Below the pieces are notes generated by a model, which saw nothing but the letters and a program-made list of their open reading frames with translations, was not told where the DNA came from and did no database searches. This document shows, one piece after another, positions 20,106-30,000 of a DNA stretch of 33,547 bases. The DNA comes from Chrysochromulina tobinii (taxonomy: Eukaryota), in assembly GCA_001275005.1 (NCBI GenBank), contig JWZX01002501.1:1-33547 (forward strand), written 5' to 3'. Position numbers and translations under genes: made by a program. Each line of letters begins with the position of its first letter. Position 1 is the stretch's first letter.

Positions 20106-23100
20106 ATGGCGTACGCTTTCGTGACCCCCGAACCGTGCCGACTCTGCGGCGTCGGGTCAGTGCCTCGGCTCGCCCGTATCATCTTCCTCGCCATGATGGC
20201 GGGCTTTACCAGCGCACAGCACTGCACAAACACGTGCTCCCACGCCTACGACGGCGACTGCCACGACGGCGGCCCCGGATCCGAGCTCCCGCTTTGCCCC
20301 TTGGGTACGGACTGCGCCGACTGCGGACCACGTGGCGGACAGCAGCGAGCGCCGACGCCGCCCGCAGCGGCGACGACGCCTGCTGCGCCGACGGCGCTCG
20401 TTGGCACGCTGAGAGCGGCGGGCGCAAGACTGGCCGCTTCGCCGGCAGCAGCGGCGGCCGATTCGGCTCTGGCAAGTACCGCACTGGCCGATGCGGCACT
20501 GGCTGACGCAGAGGGTGGGGAACGGGGCGCTCGTCGGCAACTTTCTCATCATCATTCTCATAATCCTCATTCACGCTCCCCTCCGCCTCCGCCGCTCCAT
20601 CATTCTCAGGATCCACATCCACGTTACCCTCCTCCGCCGCCGCCTCCTGCGCCGCCCGGCCACGGCACGGAAGACGTCGTGAGGGAAGCAGAGCACCACC
20701 ACCGCCCGAGCCATGGAGAACAGCTCAGCGCCGGAGATGACGAAGATGAGGAGGCTGAAGCTGGTCTATGGGGTGGGGATGCCCATGGTCGCAATTTGTG
20801 GGGGTGGCATGGGCATCATCCTCATCATCCTCATACCCCTCATACACATTACCCTCCGCCATTGTCGCCACCACCTTCACCGCCGCCATCGCCGCCATCG
20901 CCGCCATCGCCGCCGCCCTCGCCGCCGCCGCCGTCACCGCCGCCGGCGCCGCCGCTGCCGCCGCCGCATCCGCCGGCACAGCCGGGCTGCAGATACCTCT
21001 GCTCGAACAACTGCGCCTTCTGGGCCTCGAATGGTGTTTGCAACGATGGGGGGCCGGGGTCAGAAGGAGAGTACTCGCCGTGCGCTCTCGGCATGGACTG
21101 CTTGGACTGTGGAGCGCGACTCGTCGACTGCCCCCCAGCCGCGCCGCCCCAGAGGCCACCGCCCTCTCCGCCGCAACCACCGCTTACCCCCGAGGGGGTC
21201 ATCATATCGGGCTGCACGAACACGTGCGCTCGCCGATGGAATGGAGAGTGCGACGACGGCGGGCCGGGCGCAGAGTACTCGCTCTGCACCATCGGGACCG
21301 ACTGCATCGACTGTGGGTCGAGGCCTGCACGTCGAGTCTACCCTCCTCGACCACCCCCTTCGCCGCCGCCCCCTTCGCCGCCGCCGCCGCTTCTCCCTGA
21401 TGGAAGGACAAGAATGTGCACCAACACCTGTTCTGCCTCCCATTACGGCATCTGTTACTACTCTTCGTGCCGCGGATGCTACATGTACTACGCAGAGAAC
21501 CAAGTTGCTGGCGGCTGCTCTTACACTTATGGCTGTTGTTCCTACGATTCATCCCTCGGCGGCTACTACTACACGGGGGTCTCCTACACGGCGGCGGCGA
21601 ACAACGGTGTCTGTGAGGATGGCGGCCCTGGAGCGGAGCACTCATCCTGCGCTGTGGGTGACGATTGCGCCGACTGCGGGAATCGTACGACTGCTCCCCC
21701 GCCACCCCCGCCATCGCCACCGCCACCATCGCCACCGCCGCCGTCGCCACCGCCACCGTCGCCACCGCCGTCTCCACCGCCACCGTCTCCACCGCCACCG
21801 TCGCCACCGCCTCCGTCGCCGCCGCCACCGTCGCCACCGCCATCTCCACCGCCACCGTCGCCACCGCCACCGTCGCCGCCGCCACCGTCGCCACCGCCAT
21901 CTCCACCGCCACCGTCGCCACCGCCACCGTCGCCACCTCCATCGCCACCATCTCCTCCGCCGTCGCCACCCTTCTCACCATCGCCACGACCACCGCCGCC
22001 GGCTACGAGTGTGTTCAGCTTCGAGACGAGCAGTTCCCCGGGGTGGACGACGGGCAGCACCTCGAACTCATGGACACGCCAATCTGGACCCACGCCCACC
22101 CCAAACACCGGACCAAGCGGCGCTGCTGAGGGCACCTTTTACTTCTTCACAGAGTCAGACGGCTTCACATACGGGGATACCTACGATCTCAACTATGACG
22201 GCTCGGCGTGCCAGGGGGGAATGGCCAGCGTCACCTTTGCGTACTGCATGAATGGCGTCGCCGTCGGAAGCTTGAAGGTGTATGTCGGCAGCGTGCTCAA
22301 ATGGACCAGGTCAGGGCCCCAAAATACCAACTGGATCACGGGAGTCGTCATGCTAGACGGCGCGAGCAGCTTCACCTTCGAAGGCACGCGCGGCACGTAC
22401 TTTTCTCCCCAGGGAGAGAATGAGGGAGACATTGCCGTCGACATCGTGACAGTCGCGTGCGTCACGTCGCCATCGCCGCCACCACCTCCACCCTCGCCCT
22501 CACCGCCGCCGCCAAGTCCCTCTCCGCCTCCGACGCCACCGCCGTCGCCGCCACCCGCACCGCGATCCCCACCCTCACCGCCACCCCCGAGTCCCTCTCC
22601 GCCGCCACCGCCGCCACCTGTTCCGTGCGTCGTCGACGGCGCGTACACCTTCACCGGGGCGGCGTCCTCCTACTTGACGGCCACGTCGCGCACCGGAATC
22701 GTGGGCGGGGGGCTCGGCTTCACGCTCAGCGTGTGGGTCTACCGCACGCGGACAGGCTCTGCAGGGGATAGCCTCATCGATTTTGGCAACGGTGCAGCTC
22801 CAGACAATGTCGGACTGATTTTCGATTCCCCAATGCGGTACTATGTGTATCACGGGTATTCCTACAATGGTCTCTATGCAAGCTCGGCGCCATCATTCCC
22901 CGCAAACGAGTGGACTCACGTCGCGGTCGTGCAGTCGCGTGCGAGCCTCGGCGACACGTACGGGCCCGCCCAGATCTACTGGAATGGTGTGAGCGTCGGG
23001 GCGACGTCGTGGATGCGCTTCCCGCTGCCGGTGAGCCGCTACTACCTGTGGGTGGGCAAGAACCTCTGGGGCGACCCGACGTTCACTGGCCAGATGAAGG

Positions 23101-26100
23101 ACCTGCTGGTGTGGGACGTCGCCCTCAGCCCGGCGGAGCTGGATGGCGTGCGGCTCGGCGGCGGCCTGCCGAGCACGCCAGCGCCGCTCATCTCGATGAT
23201 GCGCACGTGGTGCGGGACAGCGCCGCCGCCGCCGCCGCCGCCGCCGCCGTCTCCACCCCCCCTCTCTCCACCACCATCGCCGCCGCCACCATCGCCACCG
23301 CCACCTTCGCCACCTTCATGCCCCCCTTCGCCCTTACCGCCACCTCGGTTCCCCGATGGAGGCATCATCCAATGCACAAACACATGCTCTCTCTCAAACA
23401 ACGGCCAGTGCAACGACGGGGGCTTTGACCCAAGTCGTCAATCCCGTCCGCCTCCACCGCCGTCCTCGTCCTTCATTTACGTACCAAACGTCGGCTCGTG
23501 GGCGGCTGGGCGCGCAGCGTGCCAATCTCTTGGCGGCGATTACGCAAGCATCCACAGCGCCGCGGAGAACACCGCTGTATACGCCGTCGTCCCTCAATCC
23601 GTCTGGGCATGGATCGGTGCGAATGACGTGGCAAGCGAGGGCACCTGGAGGTGGTCCGACGGCACTCCGTGGGACTACTCCAACTGGAGGCCTAGTGAGC
23701 CAAACGGCGGGAGTGGCGAGAATTGTGCCCACATAAATTGGGAGCAAGCCGACCCAAGGTGGATCGACGCTCCATGTGATGGCTGGGGAGGCCGATGGAG
23801 CTGGGGAGGCCCCTTGGGCGCCGTGTGCCGGGTGCCTCCACCTCCACCATGCACGCTGGGCACCGACTGCGCCGACTGCGGCCCGCGCCTGGTGCACCCG
23901 CCGCCTCCGCCACCTTCTCCCCCTCCCCCTTCACCTTCTCCACCACCGCCTTTGCCGCCACAGCCACCACCGCAACCGCCGCCACCGCCGCCCTCGCCAA
24001 GCCCACCTCCGCGCCCACCTCCGCCATCGCCTCCGTGGCGCCCCTGGACGACATTCAGCTGCACCAATACGTGCGCGTATGCCTACGACGGCTCCTGTCA
24101 AGATGGCGGGCCCGGCGCGCAGTGGTCGTATTGCTCTTTCGGCACCGACTGCTCCGACTGCCACCCACGTGTTCTGTATCCGCCGCCGTCGCCACCGTCG
24201 CCGCCGTCCCAGCCGCCGCCCCCGCCCTCGCCGCCACCTCCAACAAGGCCGCCATCTCCGCCATCACTACCCCTGGCATCTCCGATGGTACTTGCATCGC
24301 CAGCAATGTCTCCCACGATGGCCCGTGTACCGCAAGCACCTCCGGAGCCGTGTCCGCCGCCCCCACCTCCGCCATCTCCGTCGCCACCGGAGCCTTCGCC
24401 CCTGCCACCTTCGCCAAGCCCACCCCCACCACGGCCGCCTCCGTTGCCTAGACGGCCACCTCCACGACCATCCGCACCACCACTGAGTTCACCAACAAAG
24501 CCACCCCCGTGCAACCCTCCCGAGCCACGCCCGCCTCCACCGCCACCGCCCTCACCAGCACCTCCCGAACCGTCTCCGCCACCGCCACCGCGACCACCAG
24601 CACCACCAAGCCTCCCACCGCCTCCACACTTGTCACCGCCTCCACCCTCGCCACCGTCCCCACCTTCGCCTCTCGTTACGCCTGCGACGGAGCCATCTCT
24701 GGTTGTGACATTCCAGATTGCAGAGACCATCGACTCCTTCAATGCAAGCGAGTTCACGCTTCGATTGGCTCGAGCAAGTGGAGTCGCAGCCTCTGCCATC
24801 ACGCTCAACATCGTGTCAGGATCGCTCACCGTCACAGCTTCCTTTTATGTTCCGAGTGCATCAGACCGTTCGCGCATTCAAAGTACCTTAAATCGGCAGC
24901 CGTCGGCTCTGTCTGCCACACTTGGAGTGACGGTCCTCAGTACGCCCACTATGCGCCTCGTCGAGCCGCGGCCACAGCCAAACGTTGGCGACTCGGCGGC
25001 AACCCTTCCGGCACTCCATGGCGCCTTGTCATCGTCCACATCCTTGCTGATGATCGCCCTGATCCTGGCTGGAGTTGCGAACGTCGCCTGTGCGATCGGA
25101 TGCACTGCGTACGTGGTTCTGAGGCGTCGGCGCATCCGCCGTGCAAAGGAAAGGTTTGGCGAGGCCGCTGAGCGCGCCGCTGGCCGCGCTGCCCAAAAGA
25201 AGCGGGATGCCCACCACGGCGTCGATGTCGAAATGTCCGACGCAGCCGCCTTGGAACAGAAGAGAGCCAGCTACGCAGCGAGCCGAGAGGTTATGCAGAA
25301 ACATCTCAAAGACTACATGCGTGCCAACGGTCGCAATGCCAACTTCAAGGCATGGATCGCGACGCTACATCCAGAGAATGTGCAACTGGACCAGAGGATG
25401 TGGCTGGATGAGAGCGAGCAGAGGAAGCTGTGGAGGCAGATGACCGGCATCGATGAGGCGATGACGGCAGAAGCTCCTCCACCATCACCTCTGAACGCGA
25501 GAGCGGCACATGATGCTCCTCCGCCCTCGCTTTCGAAGGCGAGAGCGGCAGATGCTCCACCGCCCTCACTTTCGAAGGCGCGTGCGGTAGATGCTCCACC
25601 ACCCACGCCTCTGAACGCGAGAGCGGTAGAAGCTCCTCCACCGTCACTTTCGAAGGCGCGTGCGGCAGATGCTCCACCGCCCTCGCCCCCGCCCCGTGAG
25701 ATTCACAACCGAGAGAGTTATGAAGAGGACTCATCGGACCCCGGCGACGAGCCACCTCCGCCCTCGCCGCAGGGCCTCAAGCTCGAAGCCAAGTCACTCA
25801 CTGTGACGGAGCTCACCTCGCTCCCCATCGCCCCTGCCACCCTTGCAACCCGCACACCTGACGGTATTGGCCAGAGGAATCATCAGCAACGCGGCCACCC
25901 ATTCGAGACACCCTCCAGTGTGGGAGCTGCGACGACACCCATGACGTCGACTCCGCGTCCTCTCGAACACGTGCCCCCGCCTCCTCCCGACGGCGTACCT
26001 CCACCTCCTCCCGACGGCGGGCCTGCGCCTCCTCCTGATCCACCTCTGCACCTGATGACGCCCAACAAGTCGACCGCGAGAGTCTCCACTCTAACTTCTC

Positions 26101-26222
26101 CGCTCGAGCGTGCACGCGCGGCCAACCTCGGACGTAGACGAGAAGGCCAGCCGTCCCGCTTTACCTCCGCCATCGTGGGAGACCAATTGAATGCCTCCGA
26201 CCCGCATGCTTCATTTTTGTAA
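20106..26222 (+). CDS. Large modular type-I membrane protein (~2038 aa): signal peptide, 6 Cys-rich CTNTC..DGGPG..GTDCxDCG modules, His-rich segment, extensin-like SPPPP linkers, MAM, LamG/ConA-like, C-type lectin, SEA-like, TM, Pro-rich cytoplasmic tail
   Basis: Single 6.1-kb ORF. Signal IIFLAMMAGFTSA-QHC. MAM ~22011-22460 (WTRQSGPTPTPNTGPSGAAEGTFYFFTES, GDIAVDIV). LamG ~22626-23213 (FTLSVWV, WTHVAVV, FTGQMKDLLVWDVALS). C-type lectin ~23472-23834 (WIGANDVASEGTWRWSDG, EPN, ENC, WIDAPC). SEA-like IVSGSLTV. TM ~25044-25121 followed by RRRR. Confidence 0.88.
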   Translation: MAYAFVTPEPCRLCGVGSVPRLARIIFLAMMAGFTSAQHCTNTCSHAYDGDCHDGGPGSELPLCPLGTDCADCGPRGGQQRAPTPPAAATTPAAPTALVGTLRAAGARLAASPAAAAADSALASTALADAALADAEGGERGARRQLSHHHSHNPHSRSPPPPPLHHSQDPHPRYPPPPPPPAPPGHGTEDVVREAEHHHRPSHGEQLSAGDDEDEEAEAGLWGGDAHGRNLWGWHGHHPHHPHTPHTHYPPPLSPPPSPPPSPPSPPSPPPSPPPPSPPPAPPLPPPHPPAQPGCRYLCSNNCAFWASNGVCNDGGPGSEGEYSPCALGMDCLDCGARLVDCPPAAPPQRPPPSPPQPPLTPEGVIISGCTNTCARRWNGECDDGGPGAEYSLCTIGTDCIDCGSRPARRVYPPRPPPSPPPPSPPPPLLPDGRTRMCTNTCSASHYGICYYSSCRGCYMYYAENQVAGGCSYTYGCCSYDSSLGGYYYTGVSYTAAANNGVCEDGGPGAEHSSCAVGDDCADCGNRTTAPPPPPPSPPPPSPPPPSPPPPSPPPSPPPPSPPPPSPPPPSPPPPSPPPSPPPPSPPPPSPPPPSPPPSPPPPSPPPPSPPPSPPSPPPSPPFSPSPRPPPPATSVFSFETSSSPGWTTGSTSNSWTRQSGPTPTPNTGPSGAAEGTFYFFTESDGFTYGDTYDLNYDGSACQGGMASVTFAYCMNGVAVGSLKVYVGSVLKWTRSGPQNTNWITGVVMLDGASSFTFEGTRGTYFSPQGENEGDIAVDIVTVACVTSPSPPPPPPSPSPPPPSPSPPPTPPPSPPPAPRSPPSPPPPSPSPPPPPPPVPCVVDGAYTFTGAASSYLTATSRTGIVGGGLGFTLSVWVYRTRTGSAGDSLIDFGNGAAPDNVGLIFDSPMRYYVYHGYSYNGLYASSAPSFPANEWTHVAVVQSRASLGDTYGPAQIYWNGVSVGATSWMRFPLPVSRYYLWVGKNLWGDPTFTGQMKDLLVWDVALSPAELDGVRLGGGLPSTPAPLISMMRTWCGTAPPPPPPPPPSPPPLSPPPSPPPPSPPPPSPPSCPPSPLPPPRFPDGGIIQCTNTCSLSNNGQCNDGGFDPSRQSRPPPPPSSSFIYVPNVGSWAAGRAACQSLGGDYASIHSAAENTAVYAVVPQSVWAWIGANDVASEGTWRWSDGTPWDYSNWRPSEPNGGSGENCAHINWEQADPRWIDAPCDGWGGRWSWGGPLGAVCRVPPPPPCTLGTDCADCGPRLVHPPPPPPSPPPPSPSPPPPLPPQPPPQPPPPPPSPSPPPRPPPPSPPWRPWTTFSCTNTCAYAYDGSCQDGGPGAQWSYCSFGTDCSDCHPRVLYPPPSPPSPPSQPPPPPSPPPPTRPPSPPSLPLASPMVLASPAMSPTMARVPQAPPEPCPPPPPPPSPSPPEPSPLPPSPSPPPPRPPPLPRRPPPRPSAPPLSSPTKPPPCNPPEPRPPPPPPPSPAPPEPSPPPPPRPPAPPSLPPPPHLSPPPPSPPSPPSPLVTPATEPSLVVTFQIAETIDSFNASEFTLRLARASGVAASAITLNIVSGSLTVTASFYVPSASDRSRIQSTLNRQPSALSATLGVTVLSTPTMRLVEPRPQPNVGDSAATLPALHGALSSSTSLLMIALILAGVANVACAIGCTAYVVLRRRRIRRAKERFGEAAERAAGRAAQKKRDAHHGVDVEMSDAAALEQKRASYAASREVMQKHLKDYMRANGRNANFKAWIATLHPENVQLDQRMWLDESEQRKLWRQMTGIDEAMTAEAPPPSPLNARAAHDAPPPSLSKARAADAPPPSLSKARAVDAPPPTPLNARAVEAPPPSLSKARAADAPPPSPPPREIHNRESYEEDSSDPGDEPPPPSPQGLKLEAKSLTVTELTSLPIAPATLATRTPDGIGQRNHQQRGHPFETPSSVGAATTPMTSTPRPLEHVPPPPPDGVPPPPPDGGPAPPPDPPLHLMTPNKSTARVSTLTSPLERARAANLGRRREGQPSRFTSAIVGDQLNASDPHASFL
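21693..22000 (+). repeat. Extensin-like (Ser-Pro3-4)n coding repeat
   Basis: Repeated CCGTCGCCACCGCCA-type units encoding SPPPP; similar tracts occur elsewhere in the gene. Confidence 0.85.
25473..25690 (+). repeat. 39-bp (13-aa) coding tandem repeat APPP(S/T)(L/P)(S/L)(K/N)ARA(A/V/H)(D/E), about 5.5 copies
   Basis: APPPSPLNARAAHD, APPPSLSKARAAD, APPPSLSKARAVD, APPPTPLNARAVE, APPPSLSKARAAD. Confidence 0.85.
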
Positions 26223-26743
26223 TCATGCCCTGATCTGATCATGCATGTCTCCGCACTCCAGAGCGCGAATTCCATCTACTCGGCAACCCTATGTTGGCGC
26301 GAGCGAGCGACTGGAGCGTGTGTGGTCTGACAGCCAGCACGACGGGAGCAGTGTACAACAGGCGTGTGACAGGGCGGCTCCGGCTGATACCGAGGCCGGG
26401 TGTGCACGCAATTTGGGTGGAGTTGTCTCTGGAAAGTTGAATCAGATGTACATAGTTAAACCAGCGATAACGCTTAAGCCTCATGGGTTCACCTAGATGA
26501 CACTCAGTTTGAAAACAGGGTATGAGGATGGGTGCAAATCCCGATATTAATGTTTAATCCGTCTGTCCCGCCCGATATTTGGGAACCCCCTTGGTAACCC
26601 CTTGGGTAAATTTGAGCTTGCTAAGTGCAGCTTCACGCTTTGGCTGCGAGAGAATTTGGTGGGTTTATTCTGAATGAAATGGTGTGGCCCTCACCCGTCC
26701 TCAACTCCTGATTCTGCGTGATCAACGAGAGGTGAGCCAATGA

Positions 26744-26786
26744 GGTGAGCGCGGGGGGACCGCGACGAGCATGACTGACTGACTGA
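26744..26786 (+). repeat. Dispersed repeat, copy 2: GGTGAGCGCGGGGGGACCGCGACGA-N3-(TGAC)n
   Basis: Matches 19701-19743. Confidence 0.85.
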
Positions 26787-27061
26787 CTCAACGAGGAGGT
26801 GACTGAGTTTGATCTGCAAGTTCTACCCTGCGCCTCCCACGTTGCGTCTCCATAGGACCTGTGTTTGTGTGCGTCTTGCTGAGTGGCAAATTAACGTGAA
26901 CGTGAACGTGATCTGCAAGTTCCAGATCTTCACGTTGAAACGAGAAAGCGCCGCGGCGAGTCCGCTCCGCGGACGCGGTCGCGTGCCCATTCTTGTACGG
27001 GAAGTCAGCTGCGCACTTGGTGCAGATAAAAAGACAGATCGCCTCGGAGCCCAGACCACAC

Positions 27062-30000
27062 ATGACTCGCTCCCTCTCCACTGCGCTGGATTCACTCGAG
27101 GATTGGTGGCAGAGCAGCCAAGCCATCACCCAGGAGCCGCGGAATGGGCTCCTCGCCCATTCTCAGGCCTTCTCATACTCCAACCGTGGCTGGCTGAGCC
27201 CGCCGGCTCCGCCGCGGCTGCACCCGGCAGTTCTCGAGGCGGAACGCGGGGCGGCAGCCGTAGCGCGTGACGCTGATGGCGGCTCCGTTCTCGCGAAGCT
27301 GCGTGCGGAGAACCTCGCATTGCGCGAGCGCCTGCGTGGGGCGCAGGCACCGGGCGGCGCCGCGGAGCCGAATGGGGTGTCGAAGCCGTCGCCGCCGCTG
27401 AAGGACCCTGCGATTGCGCTCACCGTCGTGTTCGAGGAGGCGAGCCGGCGAGCCGCGGAGCCGCGCAGCGACTACCGCAGCACGCAGCACGCGGCGGAGC
27501 TGGCCGCGACCACCGCCGCCGCCGCGCGCGCACGTGCGAGGGAACTCGCGACAAACAAAGCGGCGTCGGAGGCGCAGCTGCAAGAAGCTCTGCGAGGGGC
27601 AAAGGCGACGGCCGAGGCAGACAAGGCGGCGGCGCTCAAGGCCAGGACCAACCCGGCTGCGGTGGCAGCGCAGTCGGATGCGATGAGCGCGGCCATCGCA
27701 CAAGCCGTCGCCGCCGAGCGCGACGCCATGGAAGGCAAGCACGCGGAACAGCTCGCGAGGGCTGTACGGCAGGCTCGGCATACTGCGTTGGATGAGTCGC
27801 GTGCTGCGATGGCGGCCGAGAGGAATTCAATCTCGGAGGCCAGTCGGGACCACACTATCGTGGCGGTGGATGAAGCGGTGCGCTCCGTGGTAGCCTCTGA
27901 TGGCCACGCGGTAGCCTCTGGTGGCCTCTGATGGCCTTTGATGGCTTCTGATGGCCACTGATGACCTCTGATGACCTCTCATTGCACCTCCCCCTCCCTC
28001 GGCAGGTGCGCTCCGCGGTGGCCGCGGTGCGCGCCGAAGCGGCTCGTGAGCTCGCCTCCGTGCTCGAGGCGCAGAGAGCGCAGCTGGCACAGAAAGACGA
28101 GGAGTTCGCCACGGCGGCGGCGGCGGCAGACTGGGAACATCAAATGGCCATCGCGGCTGCCGAGTCCGCGGCGGAATCGCGCGCTCTTGAGGCTGCGAAC
28201 AAGAAGCTCGAGGGAGCCCGAGGCTGGCATGCGGCCACGGCGGCGGCGGCAGCAGACCTCGAGGCCAAAGTTGAGATGGCGTTCGTGGCGGCGACGGGAT
28301 GGCGCTCAACGCGGCTCACCAGCGTCGAGCGGATTCTCAAGATGGCTCAGACGGCCGCCGACACGCACGCCTTGGCCGTTAAGGAGGAGGCTGCCGCCGC
28401 AGCAGCGGCCGAGGACATCTTCATGCTCGCTTCCGAGCGCGCTACGCTGGCTCCCCAAGCCGGCGCGTCCGCGCAGCAGGTGGCAGAGGCGGTCGCCGTG
28501 GCCGTTGCCCGAGGCGAATCGCGTTGCCCGAGGTGCGGCAGGGCGGCGGGCGGTCGAAGCGGCAGTGGCAGCGGCGCTGGCTGCAGTCGGCAAGCTGCAG
28601 GGCAACGGCGCGGCCGTTGGGCAGGACAATGGCGCGGCCGTTGCCCTGGCCGTCGCTGAGGCCAATCGCGTTGCAGAGGCTCGGCAGGCAGCCGCGGTCG
28701 AGGCGGCGGTCCATGCGGCAGTGGCGGCTGTGATGGCTGCAGCCAAACAAGAGACGGAGAGAGCGCTTGCGGCGTTGCGGGAGGCGGCCAAGCGCGAGCA
28801 GGAGGCCGCGGTGGAGGCCGCAGTAGCAGCGGCCATATCACAGGCCGTGAGCGAGCAGGCTGCCGACAAAGCCGCTGCTGCTGCCAGCAGGGGCGGTGCG
28901 GGCTACTCGGTGCTTGCGGCGGTGGCCGGCAGCTCTGAACGGTCGAAGGCATCTTCGATGGCGTCGCCGGAGCCTTCGATCCACATCGAATCGCTCTTCG
29001 ATCCCGATCCCGTGCCATATCCATCGCCGACGATGGCAGACGCCTTCTCGTCCGCCTCGGCCACCGCCGCTATGGTCGCCGCGCAGCAGCGGCAGCAGCA
29101 GCTGCTGCAGCAGCAGGCGTCTACTCCCCTGGTGCCTTCGCCGGAGCCATCGGCGAAAGCCGAGTTTCAATTCGAATCCAACCTGCCAGCGCAGTCGGCG
29201 CCCTTCAGGTCGGTGCCGTTTGGGTCACCGACGTTTGCCGACGCGTTCTCAGTCGCCTTGGCCGCCGCCGATGCCATTCACGACGCTGACGCTGCCAGTG
29301 CATTCTCCTTTACCACTTCGGGAGAAACCGCCGCCTTTGCGGCAGATCGGGAGGAGCGACTGCAGTCGGCGTCGCCTGCTACCAAGACAAGCACTATCGC
29401 GCCTGCACCTTCATGGTGGACGACCACCACCGAGCCGCGCCCATTCCCATCGCCTACCATGTCGGATGCCTTCTCCGCCGCTGCAGCCACCGCGGATTTC
29501 ATGGACGCATTCGCAGACGAGGCCTCGGCCCCCTCGACCCTCGCTGCCCCCTCGCACCCCGCTGCCCCATGGCCCCCCGCTGACCCCTCGCCCCCCACCG
29601 AGGAGGAGAGCACGGGTGCGGGGACGTTGCTGGCGGCCTTCGAGGCGGCAACCGCAGTGGTGAACGAGAGCTCGCCGATCAAGACTCTATTCCGTCGATT
29701 GGCACAGCACGCGCCCGATCTGACCTCGCTCGATCTCGCGCATGATGTCGAGTTGAGTCGGTGGCCAGTTGGACGGCAGGCGGCCTCGCTCGCGTTGCTC
29801 CAGGGGAATCCGCACCTCCTCAAGGCGAACCTGGCCGGGCTGAACCTGACCGATGATTCGGCGCCCGCGCTGAGCGCCGTCCTGAGCGCATCGCAGGGGC
29901 GGCTCGAGGTGCTGAGTCTGGAACAGAATGACTTTCGCGAGGCGGGGCTGCTCGTCATCGTCGAGGGCCTGCGGCCCAATACGACGCTGCGCGAGCTGCG

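Noticed and set aside
26578..26612. AACCCCTTGG repeats as telomeric sequence
   Set aside because: Only two imperfect copies, and not a TTAGGG-type array
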